The notes: generated by a model from the sequence alone, not told the origin. A stretch of DNA of 64,000 bases from an uncultured Gemmatimonadaceae bacterium (GCA_963740355.1 CAVUDW010000002.1:1408001-1472000); one strand, 5' to 3'; counted from the first letter of the stretch, positions 1-10,520 are shown. Numbers and translations are program-made.

Positions 1-581
1 CGTCGCCGGCATCGGGCACCCCATCGTCGAGCGCGACGGCGTCCGGGGCCTCTGAGCTGCCATCGGCGCTCGTGCTTCCGTCAGCGCCCCCGGCGACGCC
101 CGCTGCAGCACCCGGGCCGGCGTCGGCGTCGGCACCGGCGAACAAGGCCGCGGCCAAATCGTCGGCGGCCGCGGCGCCGGCTGGTGGCCCCGTGATTCCC
201 GACCTGCACCGCATCGTCGACGACTGGGACTCGGTCATCACGGCGCTGAAAGGGCAGGGACGGGGTATGCTGGCTGCGCTCCTCGCTCGGGTGCAGCCCA
301 CGGCCGTCACCGCAGGCGGCCTGCTGACGCTGGAATGTGATGACCCGGGCGACTATCCCGTCGTGACCGATGGCCTGACGCAGGTCACGGATGCGCTCCG
401 TGACGTGCTGCCCTCGATCACCCGGGTGCAGGTCAAGCCGCCTGCTGACGGCGTGCCCGACGCGCCTCGCGAGCGGCTGACCACGGAGGGTGTGAAGCAG
501 GAGCGGGTGGCCGCGCTGTCGAAGCAGGATCCGATCCTCGGCGCCGCGGTCGAGGCGCTGGACCTGGAACTGATGGAGTAG
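1..581 (+). CDS. dnaX: DNA polymerase III gamma/tau, C-terminal part (5' truncated by window)
   Basis: Frame open from base 3; Ala/Pro linker then tau-like C-terminus (DPILGAAVEALDLEL); canonical dnaX-ybaB-recR order. Confidence 0.75.
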   Translation, partial: SPASGTPSSSATASGASELPSALVLPSAPPATPAAAPGPASASAPANKAAAKSSAAAAPAGGPVIPDLHRIVDDWDSVITALKGQGRGMLAALLARVQPTAVTAGGLLTLECDDPGDYPVVTDGLTQVTDALRDVLPSITRVQVKPPADGVPDAPRERLTTEGVKQERVAALSKQDPILGAAVEALDLELME

Positions 582-678
582 CGCCCATCTTGCGCACACG
601 ATCGGCACGAGCAACTGCTGGAGTAGAGGCTGCTGCAACGGTAGCTTCTACAGACTATTTCCTTCGCCCCACCCGACG

Positions 679-999
679 ATGGATTTCTTGAAGATGATGC
701 AGCAGGCCCAGCAGATGCAGGGCAAGCTGGCTGAGCTGCAGGATGAACTCGCAAAGCGGACCGTCACCGGTGCCGCTGGCGGCGGCATGGTCACGGTCGA
801 TGCCGACGGGAAAGGCACCGTCAAGCGCGTCAAGATCGATCCCAGCCTGATCGCCGGCGGCGATGTCGAGCTGCTGGAAGATCTGGTCACTGTCGCCATT
901 GGCGACGCACAGCAGAAGGCGGCAGCCCTCGGCCAGGAAGAGATGGGACGCCTCGCTGGCGGACTGGGCATTCCGGGACTCAAGCTGCCGTTCATGTGA
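679..999 (+). CDS. ybaB: YbaB/EbfC nucleoid-associated protein
   Basis: MMQQAQQMQ...GAAGGGMVTV...IDPSL...ELLEDLV; upstream of recR. Confidence 0.95.
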   Translation: MDFLKMMQQAQQMQGKLAELQDELAKRTVTGAAGGGMVTVDADGKGTVKRVKIDPSLIAGGDVELLEDLVTVAIGDAQQKAAALGQEEMGRLAGGLGIPGLKLPFM

Positions 1000-1002
1000 G
1001 CC

Positions 1003-1593
1003 GTGTCGGCGATTGACGAGTTGGCGAGCGAGCTCGCCCGACTCCCCGGGATCGGTCGCAAGACGGCGCTCCGGCTGACGTATCACCTCCTCAAGCAGCC
1101 AGCGGCCCAGTGCCGCCGGCTGGCTGATGCGTTGGTGGGATTGACCGAGCGTGTCCGTCAATGTGAGGTGTGCTTCAACCTCACCGAGGCCCCTCGCTGC
1201 GCCATCTGCTCCGACCCTCGACGTGACGGAAACACCATCTGCGCAGTCGAAGAGGCAGCCGATATCGGCGCGATCGAACGGGCAGCCGAATTCCGGGGCG
1301 TCTATCACGTCCTCGGAGGCCGGATCTCCCCGCTCGATGGTGTCGGTCCCGGTGACCTGACGATCGCCGCACTCGTTGACCGGGTGCGCCACGGTTCCGT
1401 CTCCGAAGTGATTCTCGCGACCAACCCCTCGATGGAAGGCGAAGCAACCGCAATCCACCTGCAGCGCCAACTGGCGCCGACGGGCGTGCGCATCACGCGC
1501 ATCGCCCGTGGATTGCCTGTTGGTGGCGACCTCGAGTACGCAGATGGTGTCACGATCGCACAGGCACTCTCCGCACGTCGGGAGATGGCGTGA
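1003..1593 (+). CDS. recR: Recombination mediator RecR
   Basis: LPGIGRKTA HhH, C4 zinc finger, Toprim EVILATNPSMEGEAT, RIARGLPVGGDLEYAD. Confidence 0.97.
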   Translation: MSAIDELASELARLPGIGRKTALRLTYHLLKQPAAQCRRLADALVGLTERVRQCEVCFNLTEAPRCAICSDPRRDGNTICAVEEAADIGAIERAAEFRGVYHVLGGRISPLDGVGPGDLTIAALVDRVRHGSVSEVILATNPSMEGEATAIHLQRQLAPTGVRITRIARGLPVGGDLEYADGVTIAQALSARREMA

Positions 1594-1889
1594 TGCGCAT
1601 CGTGCGACGTCGCGCACCGCGAGGTGCGATGCCCTACGTACTGGCAGGATTTGCAGGCGGCGTGATGATCGGTGCCCTCGCGTGGCGCCGACAGCAGGCT
1701 GCCGCGCATGATCAGCTCTTTGCGGCATCGGTTGTCCAGCGTGCAGCGGCCATTGGGTGGCTTGCACGCACACCGACCGTTGAAAACGCGCGATTGCTGC
1801 GCGACTACATTCGTTGGGAGCGTCGACCGACGCTCCGCCGGCGCGCTGAACGTGCGCTGGATCGACTCCTCCTCGCTCTCGAGTCGTGA
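1590..1889 (+). CDS. Small hypothetical membrane-anchored protein
   Basis: Overlaps recR stop and mglB start (GTGA); one hydrophobic segment. Confidence 0.65.
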   Translation: MMRIVRRRAPRGAMPYVLAGFAGGVMIGALAWRRQQAAAHDQLFAASVVQRAAAIGWLARTPTVENARLLRDYIRWERRPTLRRRAERALDRLLLALES

Positions 1890-2380
1890 GCGCCGATATG
1901 TCTCGCGCATCGCATTGGTCTTTCACGCAGGATGACGCTGACGCGATCACGCGCATCCTGTCGAATTTTTTGCAGGAGACGAACAGCCGCAGTGCGCTGC
2001 TCGTCGATCGCTCGGGGCAGCTGGTGACGACCGTCGGCGAACAGCCGCAGTTCGACGCCACCGCCTTCGCGACCCTCGCCGCGGCGGATTTCAGCGCCAA
2101 CGACCAATTGGCCAAGCTGATTGGCGAAACCGACTTCACCACGCTCTTCCATCAGGGCGAGCGTGACTCGATGTACGTGGCCGACGTCGCACGACGATTG
2201 ATTCTCGTCGTGCTGTTCGACCAGCGGACGACACTCGGGCTGGTGCGTCTGCGTCTGAAGGCCGCCGTCAACGACCTGAACTCGGTCTTTACACGGCCGC
2301 AGGAACCACAGCCCACCGATTTCGGTGCCTCTCACCTGCTCGCCGGTGCCGAAGACGACATCGACCGGCTCTTCAGCTAA
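1886..2380 (+). CDS. mglB: Roadblock/LC7 protein, MglB-like GAP
   Basis: ALLVDRSGQL...LAKLIGE..F..LFHQGE...TTLGLVRLR; directly upstream of mglA. Confidence 0.9.
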   Translation: MSADMSRASHWSFTQDDADAITRILSNFLQETNSRSALLVDRSGQLVTTVGEQPQFDATAFATLAAADFSANDQLAKLIGETDFTTLFHQGERDSMYVADVARRLILVVLFDQRTTLGLVRLRLKAAVNDLNSVFTRPQEPQPTDFGASHLLAGAEDDIDRLFS

Positions 2381-2395
2381 TCCGACCCCCACGAC

Positions 2396-3082
2396 ATGTC
2401 GGTCATCAACTACGCGTCGCGCGAGATCAACTGCAAGATCGTCTACTACGGTCCGGGACTCGGCGGCAAGACCACCAATCTCGAACATGTCTACGCGCGC
2501 GTTGCGCCGGACACCCGTGGCAAGCTGATCTCGCTCGCCACCGAGAATGAACGCACCCTGTTCTTCGATTTCCTGCCTGTCGACCTGGGCACGATTCGCG
2601 GCTTCAAGACGCGTTTCCATCTCTACACCGTGCCCGGGCAGGTGTACTACAACGCCAGTCGCAAGCTCATCCTGAAGGGCGTGGATGGCGTGGTGTTCGT
2701 GGCCGACTCGCAGGTGGATCGACAGGAAGCGAACATCGAGGCGATGCAGAACCTGTACGACAACATGGCTGAGTACGGCTATGACATCACCCGGATGCCG
2801 TTCGTCATCCAGTACAACAAGCGCGACCTCCCCAACGCCTCGCCGATCCAGGACCTCGACGTCCTGCTCAACCCGGGCTTCGAAGTCGTGGACCCGGCCC
2901 GGCAGCGCCCCATGGAAGACCCGAACAACCCGGGCAAGCTGCTGGTCGAACAGCTCCCCACCGGGGAATGGATCGAGCGCGTCCCCAGCGTCGAGGCGGT
3001 GGCAGTAGCGGGAGACGGTGTCTTCGATACGTTGAAGGCTGTGAGCAAGCTGGTACTCAAGAGCCTCGCTTCCTCGAGCTGA
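2396..3082 (+). CDS. mglA: MglA small Ras-like GTPase
   Basis: [42 protein letters not shown]. Confidence 0.95.
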   Translation: MSVINYASREINCKIVYYGPGLGGKTTNLEHVYARVAPDTRGKLISLATENERTLFFDFLPVDLGTIRGFKTRFHLYTVPGQVYYNASRKLILKGVDGVVFVADSQVDRQEANIEAMQNLYDNMAEYGYDITRMPFVIQYNKRDLPNASPIQDLDVLLNPGFEVVDPARQRPMEDPNNPGKLLVEQLPTGEWIERVPSVEAVAVAGDGVFDTLKAVSKLVLKSLASSS

Positions 3083-3097
3083 CACCGGCCTCGACCC

Positions 3098-3793
3098 GTG
3101 AACCTCCCGAACGCCCTCACTGTCGGACGAATTGCCATCACACCGCTGGTGGCCGTTCTTCCGTTCGTGAACGGATCGACCGTCCGCGCCATCGCGTTCG
3201 GCCTGTTCATCATTGCGGCCGTCACGGACTACGTCGATGGCTACCTGGCGCGGCGCGAGAACCTGATCACGGACCTCGGCAAGTGGCTCGATCCGCTGGC
3301 TGACAAGCTGCTGCTGCTCGGCACCTTCGTCCCGATGTACTACCTGATGCGCGGCGCCGGCGCCCCGATTCTCCAGCACGCCGGACAGTCGATTCCGCCG
3401 GACGGCCGATTCCCCACGCTGCTGGCGTCGATGTGGCTGTCGTTGCCGCTGTGGGTGGTGCTGGTCGTCCTCGGGCGCGAAGCCTTCATGACGGGCTTCC
3501 GCGAACTGGCCAAGCGCCGCGGCGTCGTGATCTCCTCCATCGGGCCCGCGAAGTGGAAGACCACCTTCCAGAGCGTGTGGATCGGTTCGGCCTACTGCTG
3601 GTTCTTCACCGCCACCCTCGCCCGTGAACGCGGCTGGGGCGGGAACTGGTGGTCCGCCTTCGCGCAGTTCAATGGCGCCGTCACCGCCGTCAGCATGTTC
3701 TGCGCGGTGGCGCTCACGCTCTGGTCGCTCGGACTCTACGTCCAGCGCTACGGCAGCATCGTTGCTGCCCCTGCCCGCGGCCACGCGGGATAA
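3098..3793 (+). CDS. pgsA: CDP-alcohol phosphatidyltransferase (PgsA-like)
   Basis: NLPNALT; TDYVDGYLARR...GKWLDPLADK; precedes cinA. Confidence 0.88.
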   Translation: MNLPNALTVGRIAITPLVAVLPFVNGSTVRAIAFGLFIIAAVTDYVDGYLARRENLITDLGKWLDPLADKLLLLGTFVPMYYLMRGAGAPILQHAGQSIPPDGRFPTLLASMWLSLPLWVVLVVLGREAFMTGFRELAKRRGVVISSIGPAKWKTTFQSVWIGSAYCWFFTATLARERGWGGNWWSAFAQFNGAVTAVSMFCAVALTLWSLGLYVQRYGSIVAAPARGHAG

Positions 3794-3810
3794 CTCCTGC
3801 ATCACAATTC

Positions 3811-5064
3811 ATGACCGACTCCGTCGAGATCGTCACCATCGGTGATGAGCTCCTGCTCGGCACGACCATCGACACCAACGCCGTCTTTCTCGCACGTGCG
3901 CTCGGTGAAATCGGTGTCCCGATCGCCCGTCGCGCCACCGTCGCCGACAATCCGGATGAGATCACCGACGCGGTGCGTCAGGCACTGGAGCGCACCGGCG
4001 GCGTGATCACGACCGGTGGGCTCGGTCCGACGGCCGATGACCTCACGCGCCCAGTGCTGGCGAAGCTGTTTGGCCGCGAACTGCATGAAGATCCGGCCAT
4101 CGTCGCATCGTTGCACGCGCTGTGGGCATCGCGTGGGCGTGGCGGCGCACTGCCGCCTTCGAACCTGCAGCAGGCTTTAGTGCCAGATGGTGCCGAAGTG
4201 CTGGCGAATGCGCAGGGCACCGCGCCCGGACTGCGCCTCACCGACGACAAGGGACGCTGGGTGATCATGTTGCCTGGCGTGCCGCGCGAGCTGCGGCACA
4301 TGACCACGGAGCACATCGTGCCCTGGCTCTCGTCACGCAGCAGCGGCACCGTCCTGCGCTCACGCTCAGTCCGCACCACCAGCATCGCCGAAAGTGCACT
4401 GGCGGAAAAGCTCGGACCGATGAAGCGCGAAGTGGAAGGCCTCCCGCTGGCCTACCTCCCCGGGCATGACGGTGTCGACCTGCGTGTCACCGCGCGTGGC
4501 TTGAGCGCCGAGGAATCGACGCGCCGGCTCGATGCTGCAGTGGCGCAGATTCGCGAGGCCGTTGGCATTCACGCCTACGCGACCGATGGCGTATCGATGG
4601 CGTCCGTCGTGCTCGATCTCTGCGTGGCGAGCGGTGACACCATCGCCGTCGCCGAGAGTTGCACGGGCGGCCTGCTCGGCGCGCGGCTGACCGAGGTGCC
4701 GGGGTCGAGTCGTGTGGTGTTGGGCGGCGTGATTGCCTATGCGAACTCGGTGAAGGAGCAGGAACTTGGTGTCTCTGCCGAGGACCTCGCGGTGCACGGA
4801 GCCGTGAGCGAGCCCGTCGCGGTACAGATGGCGCGTGGCGTGCGCGGTATGACCGGCGCCACGATCGGCGTCGGCATCACCGGAGTCGCCGGCCCCGATG
4901 GCGGCACCCCCGAGAAGCCCGTCGGCACCGTCTGGATCGCGGTCGATGTGCGCGGCGAAACGACGGCGCGGGTGGCGATCTACATCGGTGATCGAGCCGA
5001 GATCCGGCACCGGGCGACGCAGGTGGCGATGGACCTGATTCGTAGGGCGCTGCTCGAGGCGTGA
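3811..5064 (+). CDS. cinA: Competence/damage-inducible protein CinA (MoCF + PncC domains)
   Basis: IGDELLLG..IDTN, TGGLGPTADDLT, AESCTGG, GITGVAGPDGGTPEKPVGTV. Confidence 0.95.
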   Translation: MTDSVEIVTIGDELLLGTTIDTNAVFLARALGEIGVPIARRATVADNPDEITDAVRQALERTGGVITTGGLGPTADDLTRPVLAKLFGRELHEDPAIVASLHALWASRGRGGALPPSNLQQALVPDGAEVLANAQGTAPGLRLTDDKGRWVIMLPGVPRELRHMTTEHIVPWLSSRSSGTVLRSRSVRTTSIAESALAEKLGPMKREVEGLPLAYLPGHDGVDLRVTARGLSAEESTRRLDAAVAQIREAVGIHAYATDGVSMASVVLDLCVASGDTIAVAESCTGGLLGARLTEVPGSSRVVLGGVIAYANSVKEQELGVSAEDLAVHGAVSEPVAVQMARGVRGMTGATIGVGITGVAGPDGGTPEKPVGTVWIAVDVRGETTARVAIYIGDRAEIRHRATQVAMDLIRRALLEA

Positions 5065-5075
5065 GCGGGCGAGTG

Positions 5076-5543
5076 GGTGACTCCGTGTACGCGGAATTCT
5101 GGGCCTAAAGCGTTCGGGGGCAATGAGTTGCCATCCGATCAAGGGGTCGGAGATCTTGGTCGATCAAGGGGTCGGAGATCTTGGTCGGTGGTTTTTCCGA
5201 CGTAAGTCGTTGACGTGCCTGACGTTGCACCCCGATCAAGGGGTCGGAGATCTTGGTCGGCGCGAGGGTGACTTGGTGTACACGAAATTCTGGCGTTAAA
5301 GCGTTCGGGGGCAACGGGTTACCCTCCGATCAAGGGGTCGGAGATCTTGGTCGGCGCGAGGGTGACTTGGTGTACACGAAATTCTGGCGTTAAAGCGTTC
5401 GGGGGCAACGAGTTACCCTCCGATCAAGGGGTCGGAGATCTTGGTCGGCTGTTCCGCCGACGTAAGTATTTGACTTGCTTGGCTTTGCCTGGCAAATGAT
5501 GGTGATCAAGATCTCTGACCCCTTGATCTGACCCCTTGATCGG
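5076..5543. repeat. REP/BIME-like intergenic repeat cluster: five direct copies of (C)CGATCAAGGGGTCGGAGATCTTGGTC, a 94-bp tandem unit and inverted copies
   Basis: Copies near 5135, 5161, 5232, 5326, 5420 (last three 94 bp apart); inverted CAAGATCTCTGACCCCTTGATC at 5507-5528 and TGACCCCTTGATCGG at 5529-5543. Confidence 0.85.
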
Positions 5544-5728
5544 CCGCCGACGTGCTGACACAACGCGCTCGGGGCGGCGTACATTTGGCAGCAGTCACCA
5601 CCCGTGCCCTCAAACGCCTGCCAGAGCGGCAGACTCGAGGGGAACGCGGGTTGCAATACTCCCTGAAGCACCCTTGCTCGTGCCTGCCTGCGCCGACGCC
5701 GCGCGCCTGACCAATAGGAGTTTGCCCG

Positions 5729-6265
5729 ATGGAACAGAACACCGCCGCTTCCGATCCGCAGTCTGCGCCCGTCGAAGGCACCTCCGCTGGCGCTGAAGGT
5801 GCGGCGGCGGAACTGGAGACGCTGCGCGCGCAGGTCGACTCGGCGAACGACAAATACCTCCGGCTCGCCGCCGAGTACGACAACTTCCGCAAGCGCACGA
5901 TGAAGGAGCGGCAGGACGAGCGCGGGCGCGCACAGGCCGACCTGGTCAAGCTGTTGATGGACCCGCTCGACGACCTGACCCGGTTCGCGAACGTCGACGT
6001 CACCAGCGCCAGTGTGCCCATGATGGTCGAGGGCGCGGCGCTCGTCGCGCGGAAGGTGTTCAAGGAATTGACCGCCGGTGGCCTCACGGTGATCGATCCG
6101 GCCGATCAGGTCTTCGATCCAGCCATGCACGAAGCCGTCACGACCCAGCCCGCAGCCACGCCAGACCAGGACCACACCGTCGGCGCGGTTTATCAGGTCG
6201 GCTACATGTACAACGGTATGCTGCTCCGCCCGGCGCGTGTCGTCGTGCGACAGTGGAACGGTTGA
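5729..6265 (+). CDS. grpE: Nucleotide exchange factor GrpE
   Basis: YLRLAAEYDNFRKR, FDPAMHEAV, GY..NG.LLRPARVVV. Confidence 0.96.
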   Translation: MEQNTAASDPQSAPVEGTSAGAEGAAAELETLRAQVDSANDKYLRLAAEYDNFRKRTMKERQDERGRAQADLVKLLMDPLDDLTRFANVDVTSASVPMMVEGAALVARKVFKELTAGGLTVIDPADQVFDPAMHEAVTTQPAATPDQDHTVGAVYQVGYMYNGMLLRPARVVVRQWNG

Positions 6266-6291
6266 CCCAGATCTCGCGCTGACGCGCGCCC

Positions 6292-7440
6292 ATGGCACCC
6301 ACGAACGCAGACTTCTACGCAGTGCTCGGTGTCTCGTCCACGTCGACCGCGGATGAGATCAAGAAGCAGTACCGACGCCTTGCGAAAAAGTATCATCCCG
6401 ATTCGAACAAGTCCGACCCCAAGGCTGCCGAGCGCTTCAAGGAAATCTCCGAGGCCTACACGGTCCTCGGCGATGCCGACAAGCGCAAGCAGTACGATGA
6501 CATGCGCAAGTTCGGGTCGGTGGGCGGGTTCACCGAGGCGTGGCGCAACGCTGGCACCAGTGCACGCCGTCCAGGGCCAACGCCAGGGAGTAGTACCTCC
6601 ACTGGTGGCGCCGCCGGCAACCCACGATTCGATGACTTCGACATCGGTGGCCTCGGCGGATTGGGCGACCTGTTCGGCAGCGTCTTCGGTGGACGTGCGA
6701 AGGGCGCGCGCGCGGCAGAACGTGGGCAGGACGTCGAGCTGACGGTCGAGATTCCGTTCCGCACCGCTGCCACGGGTGGCAAGGTGCCGGTGGAACTCGA
6801 CCTCGTCGAGGAATGCCCTGTCTGCAAAGGAAACGGCGCCGCCCCGGGCGCACAGATCAAGACCTGCGGCGAGTGTAATGGGCGCGGGACGATCAGCTTC
6901 GGGCAGGGCGGCTTCGCTGTCAATCGGCCGTGCCCGGCCTGTCTCGGCCGCGGCACGATTCCGACCGAGAAGTGCGGCACCTGCGCCGGCGCCGGACAGG
7001 TGCGCTCACGTCGCAAGGTGAACATCACGGTGCCCAGCGGCGCGGAGAGTGGCTCGCGGGTACGTCTCAAGGAGCAGGGCTCTCGCGGACAGAATGGCGG
7101 GCCGACAGGTGATCTCATCATCACCTTCCAGGTCTTGCCCGATCGCGCCTACACCCGCGATGGGCTCGACTTGATACTTGGTGTGCCGATCAACATCGCG
7201 CAGGCCACACTCGGCTCGAAGATCCAGGTGAAGACGCTCGATGGCACGCGCGTGGCACTGCGCATTCCCGGTGGCACGCCGAGCGGGAAGCGATTCCGTG
7301 TGCGAGGGCAGGGTATCGAGAAGGAAGGGAAGCGTGGCGATCTGCTGGTCGACGTGCAGATCACCGTGCCGGAAAAGCTCAGTGAAGAACAGGAAAAGCT
7401 GATGCGCGAGTTCGCTGAGGCGGGCGGGCTGAAGTTCTGA
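6292..7440 (+). CDS. dnaJ: Chaperone DnaJ
   Basis: J domain with HPD, G/F region, four CxxCxGxG repeats. Confidence 0.97.
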   Translation: MAPTNADFYAVLGVSSTSTADEIKKQYRRLAKKYHPDSNKSDPKAAERFKEISEAYTVLGDADKRKQYDDMRKFGSVGGFTEAWRNAGTSARRPGPTPGSSTSTGGAAGNPRFDDFDIGGLGGLGDLFGSVFGGRAKGARAAERGQDVELTVEIPFRTAATGGKVPVELDLVEECPVCKGNGAAPGAQIKTCGECNGRGTISFGQGGFAVNRPCPACLGRGTIPTEKCGTCAGAGQVRSRRKVNITVPSGAESGSRVRLKEQGSRGQNGGPTGDLIITFQVLPDRAYTRDGLDLILGVPINIAQATLGSKIQVKTLDGTRVALRIPGGTPSGKRFRVRGQGIEKEGKRGDLLVDVQITVPEKLSEEQEKLMREFAEAGGLKF

Positions 7441-7451
7441 GGCCCGCCGGG

Positions 7452-8090
7452 TTGGCCGCGGCGTGGACCACGCATCGCGCGGCGATTGAAGCGTTCGCGC
7501 ACGAGACCGGAAAACGTGCCGACGCCGCGCATGACATGGCGCATCTGTCGCGCGTCGTCTCGATGGCGTCTAGGCTCGCGGCCGAGGAAGGTGCGTCACT
7601 CGACATCGTGATGCCTGCCGCATGGCTGCACGACTGCGTGCATGTCCCCGTGACGTCACCGGACCGTCCGCGTGCTTCCGTGATGGCCGCGGACGCTGCG
7701 CTCGCGATGCTTGCCGACATCGGCTATCCCGCCGAGACGTTCGACGCCATCCATCACGCCATCGCCGCGCACAGCTTCAGCGCACGCATTGCGCCCACCA
7801 GCACGGAAGCGCGCGTGGTGCAGGATGCCGATCGCCTCGACGCGCTGGGCGCGATCGGCATTGCACGCTGCCTGATGCTCGGCGGACAGCTCGGTCGGGT
7901 GCTTTACGATGTGGACGATCCATTCGCGGAGCATCGCATGCCGGATGATCGCGTGTCGAGCATCGACCACTTCTTCACCAAGCTGCTGACGCTTGCCGGC
8001 ACGATGCAGACCGAATCCGGCCGCCGCGAAGCCGCTCGTCGCACGGATTACATGCGGGCCTACCTCGAGCAGCTGCGCAGCGAACTCTGA
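7452..8090 (+). CDS. HD-domain phosphohydrolase
   Basis: AHD..H..RV, LHD, AHSFS, DADRLDALGAIGIAR; start uncertain. Confidence 0.88.
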   Translation: MAAAWTTHRAAIEAFAHETGKRADAAHDMAHLSRVVSMASRLAAEEGASLDIVMPAAWLHDCVHVPVTSPDRPRASVMAADAALAMLADIGYPAETFDAIHHAIAAHSFSARIAPTSTEARVVQDADRLDALGAIGIARCLMLGGQLGRVLYDVDDPFAEHRMPDDRVSSIDHFFTKLLTLAGTMQTESGRREAARRTDYMRAYLEQLRSEL

Positions 8091-8193
8091 GGGCGTCCGC
8101 GTCATTGCGTCGCGGCAGTCAGCAGGTCTTCACACAATTACGCGGATTACCTGGCGCGGAGGACGCGGCAGCACTCCGTGTCGTCAGGCTCGG

Positions 8194-8628
8194 TCAGCGC
8201 ACGTCGAAGACGTACTTCTCCAACTGCTCTATCTGGGCCTCAGCCTGCGCCACCTCGAAGGCGAGGATGTCGCCGGAGGTCACCATGCCCACCAGGCCGC
8301 CGTCGTGGACCACCGGCAGGTGGCGAATGCGCCGCGTGCTCATCATCGCGCGACAGACTGGAATCTGCACATCGGCGGTGATCGTCATGCAGTCGGCGGT
8401 CATCACATCGCTCACGATCGTGGTGGCGGGATCGCGGCCCGCGGCGACCACGCGACGCATGATGTCACGTTCGGTGAAGATGCCCACCAGTGAGGTGCCA
8501 CGCATCACCACGACGCCGCCAATTCCCTTGTCGTTCATCACGTGCGCGGCTTCGAGCACGGTGTTCTCAGGCGTGACCGCGATGACTGCGGTGCCCTTTC
8601 TCGCGAGCAGGTCTTTGACACTGGACAT
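8194..8628 (-). CDS. CBS-domain protein
   Basis: LVGIFTERD, RIRHLPVV..G.LVGMVT.GD. Confidence 0.9.
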   Translation of the reverse strand: MSSVKDLLARKGTAVIAVTPENTVLEAAHVMNDKGIGGVVVMRGTSLVGIFTERDIMRRVVAAGRDPATTIVSDVMTADCMTITADVQIPVCRAMMSTRRIRHLPVVHDGGLVGMVTSGDILAFEVAQAEAQIEQLEKYVFDVR

Positions 8629-8811
8629 GCGATAGGCCTCGGGAGCGATTGTGCTGAGAGCTTACCCCGCGGCGCAGGCGGGCGCCAGCGGCGTCGCAGG
8701 CGCGTGGCACCGCAGCCGGCGCGCGCTGTATCATATGGTTCTCACTGGATACGCTGCGCCGTCGACCAGTCCGGTCTGGCGGCGCACATCAAATTGCTGA
8801 GGGTTTTGACG

Positions 8812-9540
8812 ATGACCTGCCTCACAGTCGCTCACGCGCGCGCTGCCCTCACCGCCGCATGCGTGGTTTCCGCCGCGCTGCTCGCGCCCCACGCCGCCTT
8901 CGCTCAGGGTGGCGCCAACGAGACATCGAACAAGGTCGCGGGCGGCGGCATAACCGTGCCCGGCTGGACGGGTGTCGTGGACGCGCGCGAAGCCGCCGCA
9001 GGCCACGGCGTCAATGACGCCAAGTTCGCCGCCGAGGGTCGCGGCCTGAAGGTCACCACCGGTCCCGCCATCACGTACTGGAACCCGGCCAACGGCGCGA
9101 CCGGCAACTACACCGTGAAGGCGACGTTCACCGAAGCGAACTTCATGGGTCTCAACGATCACCCGCATCCGTACGGGATCGTGGTGGCCGGCAACGACCT
9201 CGGCACACCGAACGCGAGCTACCTGTACTGCGCCGCGTACGGCACCGGCACCTTCATCGTGCGTGGCATGGGCCCGGCGCCGTTCCAGATGAACGGTCGC
9301 GGCGAAGCGAATCCGGCCATCCACAAGGCGGCAGGCAAGGGTTCACCGGTGACGCAGGAGATCGCGGTGTCGGTGAAGGGTGACAAGCTTGAGTGCGCGA
9401 TCAATGGAACGGTCGTTGGTAGCTATGATCGGAGCGCATTGCTGGCGGCGGGGCACCTGAAGAGCCTCGATGGTGTGTGGGGTGTGCGGTTTGGGCACAA
9501 CACGGAAGCCACGGTGACTGGGCTTGGGGTGACGAAGTAG
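8812..9540 (+). CDS. Secreted hypothetical protein (beta-rich)
   Basis: Signal-peptide-like N-terminus ending AFA-Q; host-like codon usage. Confidence 0.7.
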   Translation: MTCLTVAHARAALTAACVVSAALLAPHAAFAQGGANETSNKVAGGGITVPGWTGVVDAREAAAGHGVNDAKFAAEGRGLKVTTGPAITYWNPANGATGNYTVKATFTEANFMGLNDHPHPYGIVVAGNDLGTPNASYLYCAAYGTGTFIVRGMGPAPFQMNGRGEANPAIHKAAGKGSPVTQEIAVSVKGDKLECAINGTVVGSYDRSALLAAGHLKSLDGVWGVRFGHNTEATVTGLGVTK

Positions 9541-9702
9541 TCGACCTTCGTGAATCACGTGGCGCGCGATGTGGCGCGCCGCGTGATGTCCTTCGCGCCG
9601 CCGTTGCAATTCGCGGCGATGACGAGCACCGCACCAGGAAGCGTTGCGGAGGAATTGGGGTCTGCCGTCAAGTCGGCAGAAGCGCGTGCCCGCCGCCGCA
9701 CG

Positions 9703-10248
9703 TCAAGGAGTCGGCGCATATGTCTCGCGACCGCTGCGCGCGAACCAGTGCAGCGCCATGTCGCCCTGGGCGTCCACCCATGCCCAGAAGTGATCGACTG
9801 CCGCTGGTCCTGCGTCGCGATCAAAAATGATCATCGCGTTACACATGTCTTCTGGAGAGCCGATCGGGCCCCAGAAACCAGCCCCGTAGATCGCGAAGCC
9901 CGCTGCGCGGGAGCGGTCCACGAACGCAGACAGGCATGCGGGATCCGTCCCGGGCTCCCAACCGACGAGCACCGCAGCGCCTACCGGTAACTCTTGATAG
10001 TCGTACGGGCCGAAAGGCGTGAAAGGGTGCGTCCACGTCTCTGGCTTCCCAGGCACCCAATGCGCGGGCAGGTTGGGAAAGACGTCGTGCCACGTTGCGC
10101 CAGGCTCGAGGTCACGCAGGTGTGCGAGGAACGCTGCGGCGTCTTCGTCCGAGTCACCAATCGCGAGGCCGGGCAGATCGCGGTAGTCGAGACCGAGCCG
10201 TTTGAACTCCACGACCATCGCCGCAAACGGATCAACGGGAATCGACAT
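9703..10248 (-). CDS. Hypothetical protein
   Basis: 181-aa ORF with globular composition; no recognised motif. Confidence 0.55.
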   Translation of the reverse strand: MSIPVDPFAAMVVEFKRLGLDYRDLPGLAIGDSDEDAAAFLAHLRDLEPGATWHDVFPNLPAHWVPGKPETWTHPFTPFGPYDYQELPVGAAVLVGWEPGTDPACLSAFVDRSRAAGFAIYGAGFWGPIGSPEDMCNAMIIFDRDAGPAAVDHFWAWVDAQGDMALHWFARSGRETYAPTP

Positions 10249-10520
10249 TGGTCACGAGGTGTGCTGGGTGCAAAATGAGACAGCGGGCCGCTGCGCCGCT
10301 CTGCTCACGGCGACCGATTAAAGGTCAATCTGAGTGCAATACCCACAATCGCCCGGTCAGCAACTCGCCGCCAGGAACCGCGCGGTCTGGCTCTTCGCAT
10401 CAGGCACGCTACTGCAAATCGCGTGGCAATTCGCAACTTGACCGATCGCCGGCCCGACTCGAGCGCCGCCTCTCGTGGCTAAGTCGTTGCTAATAAACGC
10501 ATTGATTCGCGTCTGAGGCG

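Noticed and set aside
655..3805. Long antisense ORFs (495 and 666 aa), and similar ones at 27966-29738, 44316-46499 and 46768-49086
   Set aside because: Shadow frames of well-supported genes in high-GC DNA; no motifs
5135..5450. CRISPR array
   Set aside because: Intervening sequences are repeated or absent, inverted copies exist and no cas genes are in the window
5585..5612. CIRCE element upstream of grpE
   Set aside because: TTGGCAGCAG...GTGCC matches TTAGCACTC-N9-GAGTGCTAA too poorly
10401..10417. Alternative sigma54 site GGCACGCTACTGCA
   Set aside because: GG-to-GC spacing is 9, not 10
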